Shown here piece by piece: positions 16,718-25,906 of a stretch of 64,000 nucleotides of DNA. The position numbers were made by a program, and so were the translations under genes. Within the stretch, counting starts at the first letter, position 1; every line of letters starts with the position of its first letter. Source of the DNA: Dehalococcoidia bacterium (lineage in GTDB: Bacteria > Chloroflexota > Dehalococcoidia > UBA2979). The notes below the pieces were generated by a model. It did not search any database and was not told the DNA's origin. It saw only the letters and a program-made list of their open reading frames with translations. The stretch lies in the NCBI GenBank assembly GCA_963667465.2, contig CAXXDN010000002.1:1472001-1536000 (forward strand), written 5' to 3'.

Positions 16718-17953
16718 ATGACCGCTCTCCCCGCCACTGTGCGCACGCTCGATCGCTCGACCGCTGGAGGTCTGCTCGCCCTCGTGGGGCTCGCGATCGT
16801 GTACGTGCTCGCACTGCGCACGGACGCGGCCTGGCCCGTGTTCTGGATCTCCGGCGTCGCCTTCGGCGCGATCTGCCAGCGCAGCCGCTTCTGCTTCGTC
16901 GCCGGCTTCCGCGACCTCTTCCTCATGCGCCAGGGCCGGATGCTGCGAGGCATCATCGCCGGCCTCGCCGTCGGCACCGCCGGCTTCGCGATGATCATGG
17001 CCACCGTCGTCCCAAACCCCGGATCGGGTGTGCTGCCGGCCGACGCGCACATCCTGCCGCTCGGCATCGCGACCGTGCTCGGCGGGCTGCTCTTCGGCTT
17101 CGGCATGGTGCTCTCCGGCGGCTGCGTCAGCGGCTCGCTCTACCGCATGGGCGAGGGCTACATCGGCTCCTGGGTCGCGATCGGCGGCGTGCTGATCGGG
17201 CTCTACGCGATGGCCCGCACCTGGAACTGGTGGTGGGACAATCAGATCAGCAGCGACCGCATCTCCTGGCTCCCCACCGACCTCAGCTACACCGGCGCGA
17301 TCGTGATCACCTTCGCGCTACTTGGCCTCGCCTTTTTCGCCGTCTCGTGGTGGGAGCGGCGCGGCTACTCCGGTGTGTCCTTCACGATCCCGATCAGCAG
17401 CGCGGCAGCGACCAGCGCCGAGCCGGAGACGACGCTCACCGCCCTCGCCCGGAAGGTCTTCCGAGCCGAGTGGACGCCGCTGATCGGCGGCGTCGCGCTG
17501 GCGGCGGTCAACATCCTGATCTTCATCCGCTACCGCCCGCTCGGCGTCGTCGGCGAGCTGTCGAGGTGGTCCACGGACTTCGCCGCCAACATCGGCGCCG
17601 GGGTCGGCGAACTGAAGGGCATCAGCGACATCCCCGGCTGCGTTCCGCGCTTCGTCGAGGGCACGTGGTTCAGCGACGCGTTCATGCTCAACGCGGGGAT
17701 CATCGCCGGGGCGTTCACGGCGGCGCTGCTGGCTCGAGAGTTCCGGCTGCGCGTGCCGCGCGGGCCGCGTCGCTACGTGCAGTCGCTCGCGGGCGGGGTG
17801 GTGATGGGCTACGGCGCGGGGCTCGGGCTCGGCTGCACCCTCGGCGCCTTCTTCTCGGCGATCCCCTCGCTCGCACTCAACGGCTGGGTCTACGCCATCG
17901 CGCTCGTCGTCGGCGCCTACGCGGGCACCGCGTTCATCCGGCGGTTCCCGTGA
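16718..17953 (+). CDS. YeeE/YedE (TsuA-like) sulfur-compound transporter
   Basis: QRSRFCF, FGFGMVLSGGCVSGSLYR, GLGCTLG (three conserved Cys motifs); start 16703 or 16718. Confidence 0.92.
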   Translation: MTALPATVRTLDRSTAGGLLALVGLAIVYVLALRTDAAWPVFWISGVAFGAICQRSRFCFVAGFRDLFLMRQGRMLRGIIAGLAVGTAGFAMIMATVVPNPGSGVLPADAHILPLGIATVLGGLLFGFGMVLSGGCVSGSLYRMGEGYIGSWVAIGGVLIGLYAMARTWNWWWDNQISSDRISWLPTDLSYTGAIVITFALLGLAFFAVSWWERRGYSGVSFTIPISSAAATSAEPETTLTALARKVFRAEWTPLIGGVALAAVNILIFIRYRPLGVVGELSRWSTDFAANIGAGVGELKGISDIPGCVPRFVEGTWFSDAFMLNAGIIAGAFTAALLAREFRLRVPRGPRRYVQSLAGGVVMGYGAGLGLGCTLGAFFSAIPSLALNGWVYAIALVVGAYAGTAFIRRFP

Positions 17954-18231
17954 GCGGCGCGGCTCCCGAGGTGTTGGACCTGCGCGGCCGCCCGCCCGCC
18001 GAGCAGCTGCAGAGCGCGCACGCCGCCGTCGAGCGCGCCGCCGGGGGCGCGGCGCTACGGATCGTCACGAACCTCGACGTCGTCGCCACGTACGTGCTGC
18101 CGGCGGCTGCCGAGCGCGGCGTGCGCTGCCGCGTCGAGCCGCCCTCGGACGGCGCACGCGAGTTGAGTCTGTCGCCGGGCAAGCGCGCGGTGGCGACTGC
18201 TGAATCAGGGAACAGCTCCACCAGGGAGTAA
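17950..18231 (+). CDS. TusA-like protein lacking the CPxP cysteine
   Basis: GTGA overlap with yeeE stop; EVLDLRGRPPAEQL...LRIVTN; end of ORF 17230..18231. Confidence 0.6.
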   Translation: MSGAAPEVLDLRGRPPAEQLQSAHAAVERAAGGAALRIVTNLDVVATYVLPAAAERGVRCRVEPPSDGARELSLSPGKRAVATAESGNSSTRE

Positions 18232-18245
18232 GGGGGGGAGACTCC

Positions 18246-18503
18246 ATGACGAACGAGAACGAGGCGCCGGTGCTGGACGTGCGCGGCGAGATCTGTCCGT
18301 ACCCCATGCTGCGCACCAACCGGGAGCTCGACGACGTGCAGCCCGGCGTGCCGGAGCTGCGGGTCTGGACGGACCACCCGCCCGCGCTCTCGACGATCCC
18401 GCCCGAGGCGATGAAGCGCGGCTACGGCTGCGAGATCAACGAACGACGCCCCGGCGAGTGGGAGATCCACATCTTCAACGCCGAGGCGGCGGCAGCGGGC
18501 TAA
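18246..18503 (+). CDS. Sulfurtransferase TusA/YeeD/YedF family
   Basis: VLDVRGEICPYP, VWTDHPPA. Confidence 0.92.
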   Translation: MTNENEAPVLDVRGEICPYPMLRTNRELDDVQPGVPELRVWTDHPPALSTIPPEAMKRGYGCEINERRPGEWEIHIFNAEAAAAG

Positions 18504-18569
18504 CGGCACACGAATCAGGAGGCCGGGCAGAGCGTCCGGTCCACGGATGAGTTGAATGCGAGGAGCACG

Positions 18570-19538
18570 ATGAGACAACAGACCGCAACGAGACGAGGAA
18601 CAAGGCTGTTTGGCCGTACTACCGGCCTGCTCGCGCTGCTGGTGCTGGCAAGCGCGGCGCTGATCGCCGCCTGCGGCGGCGACGACGAGGTGGCGCAGGT
18701 GACCGGCCTCGATGATCGCGGCTATGCCGACACGTCGCGGCTCGTCACCACGCAGTGGATCGAGGACAACCTCGATAGCGACTCGGTGCTGCTGATCGAC
18801 CTGCGCGGCGCGGACGCCTACGCCGAGGGACACATCCCGGGCGCGGTGCAGATCCCGCGCACCGCGCTCCAGGTCGAGATCGACGGCGTAGCGGGCCTGA
18901 TCCCGCCCGCGGCGGACGTGGCCTCCGCGTTCGGTGCAATCGGCGCGACTGCCGACACGACGATCGTCTTCTACGACCAGCGCGGCTCGATCTGGGGCTC
19001 GCGTGGCCTCTGGGTGCTCGCCGTCTACGGGCACGAGGACGTGCGGCTGCTCGACGGTGACTTCCCGCTCTGGGAGTCCGAGGGCCGCGAGATCAGCACC
19101 GCGACGCCGGCCATCACGGCCGCCAGCTACGAGTTCGCCTCCGACCCCAACAACGACATCGTCGTCGGCTGGGACGACATCATCGCCTCGATCGACGACC
19201 CGAGCGTCCTCGTCTGCGACGCACGCTCGGCCGAGGAGTACTCCGGGCGCGACGTGCGCGCCGACCGCGGCGGTCACATCCCGGAGTCGGTGAACGTGGA
19301 GTGGAGCCGTGCGCTCGACGAGAACGGCCGCTTCAAGCCGGCCGCCGAGCTGCGGACGCTCTACGAGGGCGAAGGCGTTGAGGCGGACGGCACGATCTAC
19401 ACGCTGTGCCAGACGGCCGTGCGCGCCACGCACACCTGGTTCGTCCTCAGCGATCTGCTCGGCTACGACGACGTGCGTGTCTACGACGGATCGTGGACCG
19501 AGTACGGCAACCGCGAGGACTCGCCGATCGACTCCTAG
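18570..19538 (+). CDS. Tandem-domain rhodanese (SseA/TST-like) lipoprotein
   Basis: Signal peptide with lipobox LIAA-C-GGDD, GHIPGAV, GGHIP, active site CQTAVRA, YDGSWTEY. Confidence 0.92.
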   Translation: MRQQTATRRGTRLFGRTTGLLALLVLASAALIAACGGDDEVAQVTGLDDRGYADTSRLVTTQWIEDNLDSDSVLLIDLRGADAYAEGHIPGAVQIPRTALQVEIDGVAGLIPPAADVASAFGAIGATADTTIVFYDQRGSIWGSRGLWVLAVYGHEDVRLLDGDFPLWESEGREISTATPAITAASYEFASDPNNDIVVGWDDIIASIDDPSVLVCDARSAEEYSGRDVRADRGGHIPESVNVEWSRALDENGRFKPAAELRTLYEGEGVEADGTIYTLCQTAVRATHTWFVLSDLLGYDDVRVYDGSWTEYGNREDSPIDS

Positions 19539-19580
19539 CGAGTCCTGCAGCGGCGGCAGCGCCGCTCCAGACGACCAACG

Positions 19581-19619
19581 CCGAGGCGCCGCGGGATCCG
19601 CGGCGCCTCGGTCATGTTT
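19581..19619 (+). terminator. Probable intrinsic terminator of the sulfur operon
   Basis: Perfect 14-bp stem CCGAGGCGCCGCGG-GAT-CCGCGGCGCCTCGG followed by TCATGTTT. Confidence 0.65.
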
Positions 19620-19687
19620 GCGCCAGGCGGCCGTCAACTTGCTACCCTCGGCGCCCGGAGACCTCGGAACCTCGGAGGGGGTACGCG

Positions 19688-20989
19688 ATGACCTCGGCGA
19701 CAGAGCACGGGACGATCACGGAAGCGGGGCTGGCGGCGATGCGCAGTCGCATCGGCATCCCCAACGAGGCGCGGCGCTACGGCGCGAAGCGCGGCCTGTT
19801 CACGTTGATCAACCAGGACTCGGCGCACATCTTCGCCACCGGCAGCGGCGACGCGAACCCGCTCTACACGGACGCCGCCTACGCCCGCGCCTCGCACTGG
19901 GGCTCCGTCGTCGCACCACCGACGATCCTCTTCAACGCCGGCCTGGTCGAGGGCCGCCCGTTGACCGCACAAGAGCGCGAGGAGGGCCGCGGCGGCGGAC
20001 TGCCCGGCGTCCATGGCATGTTCTCCGGCGCCGACTGGGAGTGGTACCAGCCGCTGCGCGAGGGCGACGAGATCTATCGCGTCGGCTACCTCTCCGACGC
20101 TCAGGAGAAGTCGGGCGTCTTCGCCGGCCGCCAGGTGCTCGCCCTCACCGAGAGCCTCTTCCGCAACCAGCACGGCGAGGTGCTGGCGAAGGAGGTCGAG
20201 TGGTCGATGCGAACCGAGCGCGACGGCGCGCGCGAGCGCAGGAAGTACGAGTGGGAGCAGCACGAGTACAGCGACGAGGAGCTCGAACGCATCGACGAGG
20301 CGTACGCGAACGAGCGCCCGCGCGGCGCTGAGCCGCGCTACTGGGAGGATGTGCAGGTCGGCGACGCCCTCGACAGCATCGTGCGCGGGCCTTACCGCGC
20401 GACGGACGCGGTCGCCTGGGACATCGGCTGGGGCGGCGTCTTCGCGCGCAGCGGCAAGGTGGACTTCGACTACCGCCAGCGGCACCCGCGAGCCTACTCG
20501 AAGAACCGTTACGGCATCCCGGACATCCCGGAGCGCGTCCACTGGGAGAGCGAGTTCGCTCGCGAGGTGGGCGTGCCCGGGCTCTACGACTACGGCCCCC
20601 AGCGCATCGCCTGGGCGAGCACGCTGGTGACGAACTGGATGGGCGACTCCGGCTTCCTCAAGCGGCTCTGGGTGCAGGTGCGCCGCTTCAACGTCGAGGC
20701 CGACGTGCAGTGGTACCGCGGCGAGGTGATCGCCAAGCAGGTCGAGGACGGCGAGCCGCAGGTGATCTGCGACATCTGGGCGGCGAACCAGCGCGGCGAG
20801 GTGACGGCGCCCGGCCAGGCGATCGTGCTGCTGCCTTCACGCGAGCACGGCGAGGTGCGCATCCCGGCGAACGGCCAGCCCTCGTACCCCGGTTGGGACG
20901 CTGAGACGAAGGTGACGCCGGTGGGCCAGGGCCCGCTCCCCCACCACTCGACCACGCACGGCTTCCTGCTGCCCGGCGTGCAGCGCTGA
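19688..20989 (+). CDS. Double hot-dog MaoC/FAS1-like dehydratase family protein (paralogue 1)
   Basis: GDANPLYTD..YA..S.WG..VAPP, GLPGVHGMFSG, RYWEDV.VGD, RVHWE, YDYGPQR. Confidence 0.88.
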   Translation: MTSATEHGTITEAGLAAMRSRIGIPNEARRYGAKRGLFTLINQDSAHIFATGSGDANPLYTDAAYARASHWGSVVAPPTILFNAGLVEGRPLTAQEREEGRGGGLPGVHGMFSGADWEWYQPLREGDEIYRVGYLSDAQEKSGVFAGRQVLALTESLFRNQHGEVLAKEVEWSMRTERDGARERRKYEWEQHEYSDEELERIDEAYANERPRGAEPRYWEDVQVGDALDSIVRGPYRATDAVAWDIGWGGVFARSGKVDFDYRQRHPRAYSKNRYGIPDIPERVHWESEFAREVGVPGLYDYGPQRIAWASTLVTNWMGDSGFLKRLWVQVRRFNVEADVQWYRGEVIAKQVEDGEPQVICDIWAANQRGEVTAPGQAIVLLPSREHGEVRIPANGQPSYPGWDAETKVTPVGQGPLPHHSTTHGFLLPGVQR

Positions 20990-21067
20990 GGCGTCTCACC
21001 TCGGAGTTCGTTGCGCTTCCCGGCGGGTGAGGCGCCTCGCAGTCGTCAGCACGCTCGCAAGTCGGAT

Positions 21068-21141
21068 GAGCGCGCAGCGCGTGCTCGGCCCACCCACCCG
21101 CCCTCGGAGTTTCCCCGATGTGGGGGCTCCGCCCCCACGCC
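21068..21141 (+). repeat. Repeat family A copy (first hairpin module flipped)
   Basis: GAGCGCGCAGCGCGTGCTC-GG-CCCACCCACCCGCCCTCGGAG...GTGGGGGCTCCGCCCCCACGCC. Confidence 0.85.
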
Positions 21142-21410
21142 CGGCCGGAGTTGCAGACCAGGCCCCGGCGGACCCTCGCAAGGCCCCAACGCCGCAGGGT
21201 CGCCAAGGGTTCGGCCCTCGCCGCTCTGGACCAGCCGCCCGGCTCCGGCCGTAGCCTGCGGCGAGATCGCGCGGACATCGAGAGCGTGTCGAGAGTGGCG
21301 GGTCACCTCGCCACCAGCACGCGACTCGCGAAGGTCTCGGATGCGGCCTCCGCAGCCACGCGCCGGACGGGCACTCGGATCAGTGGAGCAGTAGGCCGCT
21401 GGCTCCCAGG

Positions 21411-21489
21411 CGGGGGCGTGGGGGCACAGCCCCCCACAAGGAAACCTCCGAGGGCGGGTGGGTGGGTGAGCCGCGCGCAGCGCGTGCTC
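21411..21489 (-). repeat. Repeat family A copy (inverted)
   Basis: 21446-21466 is the exact reverse complement of 21089-21109. Confidence 0.85.
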
Positions 21490-21512
21490 CTGCGACGTCC
21501 GGCCGAGTGCGG

Positions 21513-22706
21513 CTACGCCTGCGCGCCCACCAGCTCCGTGCGGCCAGCGAAGGCCGGCATCACGTCCTCGGCGAAGCGCTGGTACTGCTCGATGATCTCG
21601 TCCGCCGTCACGCCGGAGGGGTGGCCGAGCGTGATGCTCTCGAGGCCGGGGACCTCCTCCTCGAGGGCGTGCAGGCGCTCGATGATCTGCTCGGCGGTGC
21701 CGCACAGCACGCTGCCGTTGGCGACCGAGTCTTCGAGCCGCGGCAGCGTCGTGTCGGCGACCGCCGCCTCCGTGGACTTGAGGTTCTCGATCTGCTCGTC
21801 GTTGAGCGAGCGCAGCAGACGCAGCGGCCCGAACATCTTGATGTTCTCCTGGAAGTAGGGCTGCAGCCGGCGGATCGCCTCCTCCTGGCTGTCGGCGATG
21901 TAGAAGTGGAAGCCGACGCTCAGGTCCTCGCCCAGCTCGGTCTCGCGACCGGCCCGGGCGTGGGCGGCCTGCCAGGCCTCGACGACGGGGAGCATGATGC
22001 CGCTCGCGGCGACGCCGCCGCCGGTCATGCCCTTGAGCCCGTGCTTGACCATGAAGTCCAGCCCGCGCTCCGTCGCCCCCTGGATCGGCTGCCAGCACTC
22101 GACCGGGTGCGTCGGCCGCGGCACCAGCGAGAGCTCCTCGAGCGGGTCGCCCCGGTAATCGACGGGCGGGCTCGGCGGCAGGTCGTAGTGCTTGCCGTGG
22201 TGCGAGAAGCGATCCTCGCGCAGCGCCTTGAGCAGGATCTCCACCTGCTCCTCGAACAGGTCGCGGTTCGCGTCCTGGTCCAGCAGCGGCGCGCCGAAGG
22301 TCTCGACCTCGCGCGTGTGGTAGCCGCGCCCGACGCCCATGATGACGCGCCCGCCGGTGAGGATGTCGGCGACGGCGAAGTCCTCGGCGAGGCGCAGCGG
22401 GTGCCACATCGGCGCGATGTTGAAGCCGCAGCCGAGCTTGACGTTCTCGGTGACGTGGGCGAGATGGACGTAGAGCATCAGCAGGTTCGGCAGGCACTCG
22501 TAGCCCTCGGGCTGGAAGTGGTGCTCGGCCGTCCAGAACGAGTAGTAGCCGAGGTCATCGACCGCCTTCGCGACCTTCTCTGCCTTGTCGTGTGCCCCCG
22601 CGAGCACCTCGTTTGAGTAGTGGCGCTCCATGACCGGCGTGCCGCCGTAGCCGATGTTGTCGAGGTCCACGTGGCCGGTGTAGAGCGTCTCGAACCGCTT
22701 GAGCAT
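21513..22706 (-). CDS. LLM-class flavin-dependent oxidoreductase
   Basis: WTAEHHFQPEGYE, WHPLRLAED, GRVIMGVGRGY. Confidence 0.93.
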   Translation of the reverse strand: MLKRFETLYTGHVDLDNIGYGGTPVMERHYSNEVLAGAHDKAEKVAKAVDDLGYYSFWTAEHHFQPEGYECLPNLLMLYVHLAHVTENVKLGCGFNIAPMWHPLRLAEDFAVADILTGGRVIMGVGRGYHTREVETFGAPLLDQDANRDLFEEQVEILLKALREDRFSHHGKHYDLPPSPPVDYRGDPLEELSLVPRPTHPVECWQPIQGATERGLDFMVKHGLKGMTGGGVAASGIMLPVVEAWQAAHARAGRETELGEDLSVGFHFYIADSQEEAIRRLQPYFQENIKMFGPLRLLRSLNDEQIENLKSTEAAVADTTLPRLEDSVANGSVLCGTAEQIIERLHALEEEVPGLESITLGHPSGVTADEIIEQYQRFAEDVMPAFAGRTELVGAQA

Positions 22707-22780
22707 GCCTGCCTCCGTTTCGCCGTCGGGCGGAGTGTAACCGAGGGCGCGTTTATGGCGAGCCGGGTAGCTGTCGCCTG

Positions 22781-22876
22781 CGTGGGGGCTGCGCCCGCAC
22801 AGAAAGAAAATCCGAGGGCGGGTGGACGGGTCCGAGCCGCGCGGAGCGCGTGCTCGTCCGGGATGGAGCGTGGGGG
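22781..22876 (-). repeat. Repeat family A copy (inverted, diverged)
   Basis: Reverse complement reads CATCCCGGACGAGCACGCGCTCCGCGCGGCTCGGACCCGTCCACCCGCCCTCGGATTTTCTTTCTGTG. Confidence 0.85.
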
Positions 22877-22948
22877 TCTGCGAGCTATCCTCGCGTCCGA
22901 TCGCAAAGCGCCCACCACAACAGTGACGGGCGAGAGTCCTGTCGCCTG

Positions 22949-23734
22949 CTAGCGGCCCTTGAAGACCGGCTTGCGCTTCTCCGCAAACGCCGCCGCCGCC
23001 TCGGTCGTGTCGTCGAGGGCGAACAGCGAGTGCTGCGCCTGCGGGTAGTCGATCGTGATCTGGTAGGCCGTCGGGCGCGGGCGCGCCATCATCAGCTGGC
23101 GCTTCGTGACCTGCACGTGCACTGGCGGCAGCGCCGCCAGTTCGTGCGCGATGCTCAGCGCCGTCGGCAACACCGCTTCCGAGGGCACCACGTGGTTCGC
23201 GAGGCCGACCTCGTAGGCGCGCTGCGCCGGGAAGCGGTGGCCGCGCAGCATCATCTCGCAGCCGGGCAGCCAGGAGAGTCCGTTCATCATCGGCACCAGC
23301 GCCGAACCGAGAACGCCCGTCGGAACGGACGAGAAGGCGATCGTCGCATCGTTCGCGAGGACAGAGATGTCCGACCCGCAGACCATGTAGAGGCCCGCGC
23401 CCCAGGCGCCGCCCCGCACGGCCGCGATGATCGGCTTCGAGGTGTCCGGCACGAGCTGGAAGCCGAGGATCTTCGCCCGCGAATCGGCGAGCGCGTTGCC
23501 GCGGATGCCGTGCTCGGCCTGTTCCTTGATGTCGCGGCCCGCGCTGAAGACCCGGCCCTCGCCGGTAAGCACGACTGCGCGCACCTGATCGTCGTCGATC
23601 GCCTCCATCCAGGCGCCGCCGAGCTCGTCGCCCATCACCTGGCCGAAGGCGTTGAGGCGCTCCGGCCGGTTCATCGTGATGACAGCGACGTGGCCATCGA
23701 CCTCGTAGCGGACGAACTGTGCCTCGTAAGCCAT
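22949..23734 (-). CDS. Enoyl-CoA hydratase/isomerase (crotonase) family
   Basis: ITMNRPERLNA, FSAGRDI, KPIIAAVRG, AFAEKRKPVFKGR. Confidence 0.92.
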   Translation of the reverse strand: MAYEAQFVRYEVDGHVAVITMNRPERLNAFGQVMGDELGGAWMEAIDDDQVRAVVLTGEGRVFSAGRDIKEQAEHGIRGNALADSRAKILGFQLVPDTSKPIIAAVRGGAWGAGLYMVCGSDISVLANDATIAFSSVPTGVLGSALVPMMNGLSWLPGCEMMLRGHRFPAQRAYEVGLANHVVPSEAVLPTALSIAHELAALPPVHVQVTKRQLMMARPRPTAYQITIDYPQAQHSLFALDDTTEAAAAFAEKRKPVFKGR

Positions 23735-23768
23735 GACTACCGCTCCCTGCTGATCACGACGCCGCGCG

Positions 23769-24995
23769 CTAGCCGCGAGGCAGGCCGAGGCCGCGCGTGG
23801 CGATGATGTTGCGCTGGATCTCGCTGCTGCCGCCGGCAATCGTGCGCGAGACGTGGCGGACGTAGGCCTTGGCCGGCTCGCCCTCCAGCGGCGCGTGGCC
23901 GCTGCCGTCCCCGCCCCAGAGTTGGCCGTACAGCCCCAGCGCCTTCGCCGTCGTGCGCGACGTGCGCTGGATCGTCTCGAAGACACTCATCTGCAGCATC
24001 GAGGCCTCGTAGTTCGGGACCAGGCCGGCGCCCTGCATCGAGACGACCCGGAACGCGAGGTTGAAGACCACCTCCACCTCGATCGCCCGGTCGGCGATCT
24101 CGTGGCGGATCGTCGCGGACTCGGACGTGCGCGACTTCGCCATGCCCTCCGGCGAGCCGATGAAGGCGACGAGGCGCTCGATCGAGCGCTGCGCGTCCAC
24201 GGTCTGGCGGATCCGCGAGCGCTCGAAGTCGAGCAGCGTCACGCTCACGTACCAGCCGCGGTTTTCCTCGCCGACGAGGTTGCCGGCGGGGACGCTCACG
24301 TTGTCGAAGAAGACCTCGTTGAAGCCGTGCTCGTCGGCCATGTTGATCAGCGGCCGGGTCGAGATACCCGGCGCTGCCATGTCCACCAGCAGGAAGGAGA
24401 TGCCGCGGTGCTTCGCGGCGTCCGGGTCGGTGCGCACGAGCAGCGCGATGTGGTCCGCCGCGTGGGCGCGCGAGGTCCAGATCTTCTGCCCGTTCACGGT
24501 GTACTCGTCGCCGTCGCGGACCGCCCTCGTCTGCAACGAGGCGAGGTCCGAGCCGGCGCCCGGCTCGGAGAAGCCCTGGCACCAGGCGCGCTCCCCGGAG
24601 AGCGTCTTCGAGATGTGCTCGGCCTTCAGCTCCTCCGTGCCGTGGATGATGATCGCCGGGCCGATCTGCGAAATGCCCTGCCCGCCGACCTGCGGCGCCT
24701 CGGCCTTCGCGAGCTCGTGGTTGAGGATGAACTGCTCCACCGAGGTCATCCCGCCGCCGCCGTACTCGACGGGCCAGGCCGGGGCGATCCAGCCGCGATC
24801 GGCGAGCGCGCGCGCCCAGCTCCAGGCGGCATCGCGCACGACCGGGTCCTCGGAGATGCGGTCGATCTGCCACTCCTCGCCGGAGCCGCCGGGCCCACCG
24901 CGGATCTTGCGGTAGTGCTCCGGCAGCGACGTCTCGACGAGTTCGCTCACGGCCGCGCGGAACGCGGCTTGCTCCGGCGTATCAGCCCACTCCAC
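23769..24995 (-). CDS. Acyl-CoA dehydrogenase (FadE26-like)
   Basis: WPVEYGG, CQGFSEPGAGSDLASL, NGQKIWTS, FNEVFFDNV, TIAGGSSEIQRNIIA. Confidence 0.95.
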   Translation of the reverse strand: MEWADTPEQAAFRAAVSELVETSLPEHYRKIRGGPGGSGEEWQIDRISEDPVVRDAAWSWARALADRGWIAPAWPVEYGGGGMTSVEQFILNHELAKAEAPQVGGQGISQIGPAIIIHGTEELKAEHISKTLSGERAWCQGFSEPGAGSDLASLQTRAVRDGDEYTVNGQKIWTSRAHAADHIALLVRTDPDAAKHRGISFLLVDMAAPGISTRPLINMADEHGFNEVFFDNVSVPAGNLVGEENRGWYVSVTLLDFERSRIRQTVDAQRSIERLVAFIGSPEGMAKSRTSESATIRHEIADRAIEVEVVFNLAFRVVSMQGAGLVPNYEASMLQMSVFETIQRTSRTTAKALGLYGQLWGGDGSGHAPLEGEPAKAYVRHVSRTIAGGSSEIQRNIIATRGLGLPRG

Positions 24996-25066
24996 GCGCT
25001 ACTCCCTGGCTGCTCCGAGGGCGGGTGCGCCCGCGGCCCGCGCGATGATACCGCGCGCCGCCGGGC

Positions 25067-25750
25067 TCAGGCCTCCTCGGACGGGTAGAACGTCTCCAGC
25101 TCGCGCAGCGCGATCGAGGTGTTCCGGGACTGGTCGATGATCGCGGCGCCACCGGCCATCAGCGAGTCGTACTCGGACTGGTCGAAGCGCGCGGCCCAGG
25201 CCGCCTCATTCTCCCACCACGTTTCGCCGATGTAGTCGGGATCGAGGCCTTCGAACCTGCAGGCGCGCACGCGGTTCGTGGCGAACTTGACCACGCCCGG
25301 CAGCTCCAGCACCTGCGGCGCGTGCTCCTCGTGCCAGTAGCGCTCGAACTCCTCGGGGCTGACGTCCGGACGGCGGTGCAGGATCGACATGCTGCGCACG
25401 GTCGGCGGCGGATCGGCTGCGCCTTCGGGCAGGAACTCCCTGAGCCTGTCGAGGACGATGCCGGTGTTGCGCGGCTGGTCGATGATGTTGTGCCCGCTCT
25501 GCAACGCGCGCTGCCCCTCGGGGATGCTGAAGCCGATCTCGGAGTCCTCGGGCGTGCGCCACCACAGCTCGCCCATCGCGTCGGGCTGAAGGCCCTCGAT
25601 GCGCGACTCGATCACGAGGTTCGTCCCGAAGCGATAGACCGAAGGCACCTTGACGACGAAGCCGGAGTGCGTCTCCAGCCAGTAGCGCTGGAACTCCTCG
25701 GGGCTCACGTCCGGGCGGCGATGCAGGATCGCCAGGTTGCGCGTGTTCAT
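25067..25750 (-). CDS. Tandem EthD-domain protein
   Basis: Two internal repeats ILHRRPDVSPEEF(Q/E)RYW..EH. Confidence 0.88.
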   Translation of the reverse strand: MNTRNLAILHRRPDVSPEEFQRYWLETHSGFVVKVPSVYRFGTNLVIESRIEGLQPDAMGELWWRTPEDSEIGFSIPEGQRALQSGHNIIDQPRNTGIVLDRLREFLPEGAADPPPTVRSMSILHRRPDVSPEEFERYWHEEHAPQVLELPGVVKFATNRVRACRFEGLDPDYIGETWWENEAAWAARFDQSEYDSLMAGGAAIIDQSRNTSIALRELETFYPSEEA

Positions 25751-25906
25751 GATCCGTCCTCCCGATCGCTACGCGGGACATGGCCAGGCCGCGCACCGAA
25801 CAGTACGCGGATCGAGGCGAACGCGCCCACCCCCGTCGCGCGCTTATGTCCCGCGGTGCTAAGGTGGATCGAGGGGGAATCAGGTGTCCCGAGAAGGGCG
25901 CGAGCC

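Noticed and set aside
21070-21489. 17-bp direct repeats read as a target-site duplication
   Set aside because: The sequence is an internal module of repeat family A present in other copies, so it is better explained by module inversion
25772-25855. 10-bp inverted repeat CGCGGGACAT/ATGTCCCGCG in a divergent spacer
   Set aside because: Short, GC-rich, 64-bp spacer; compatible with chance
25868-25890. GGGAATCAGGTG resembling the start of a cobalamin riboswitch
   Set aside because: Downstream conserved elements (CCCGC.ACTGT, B12 box) absent and the ATG follows too closely
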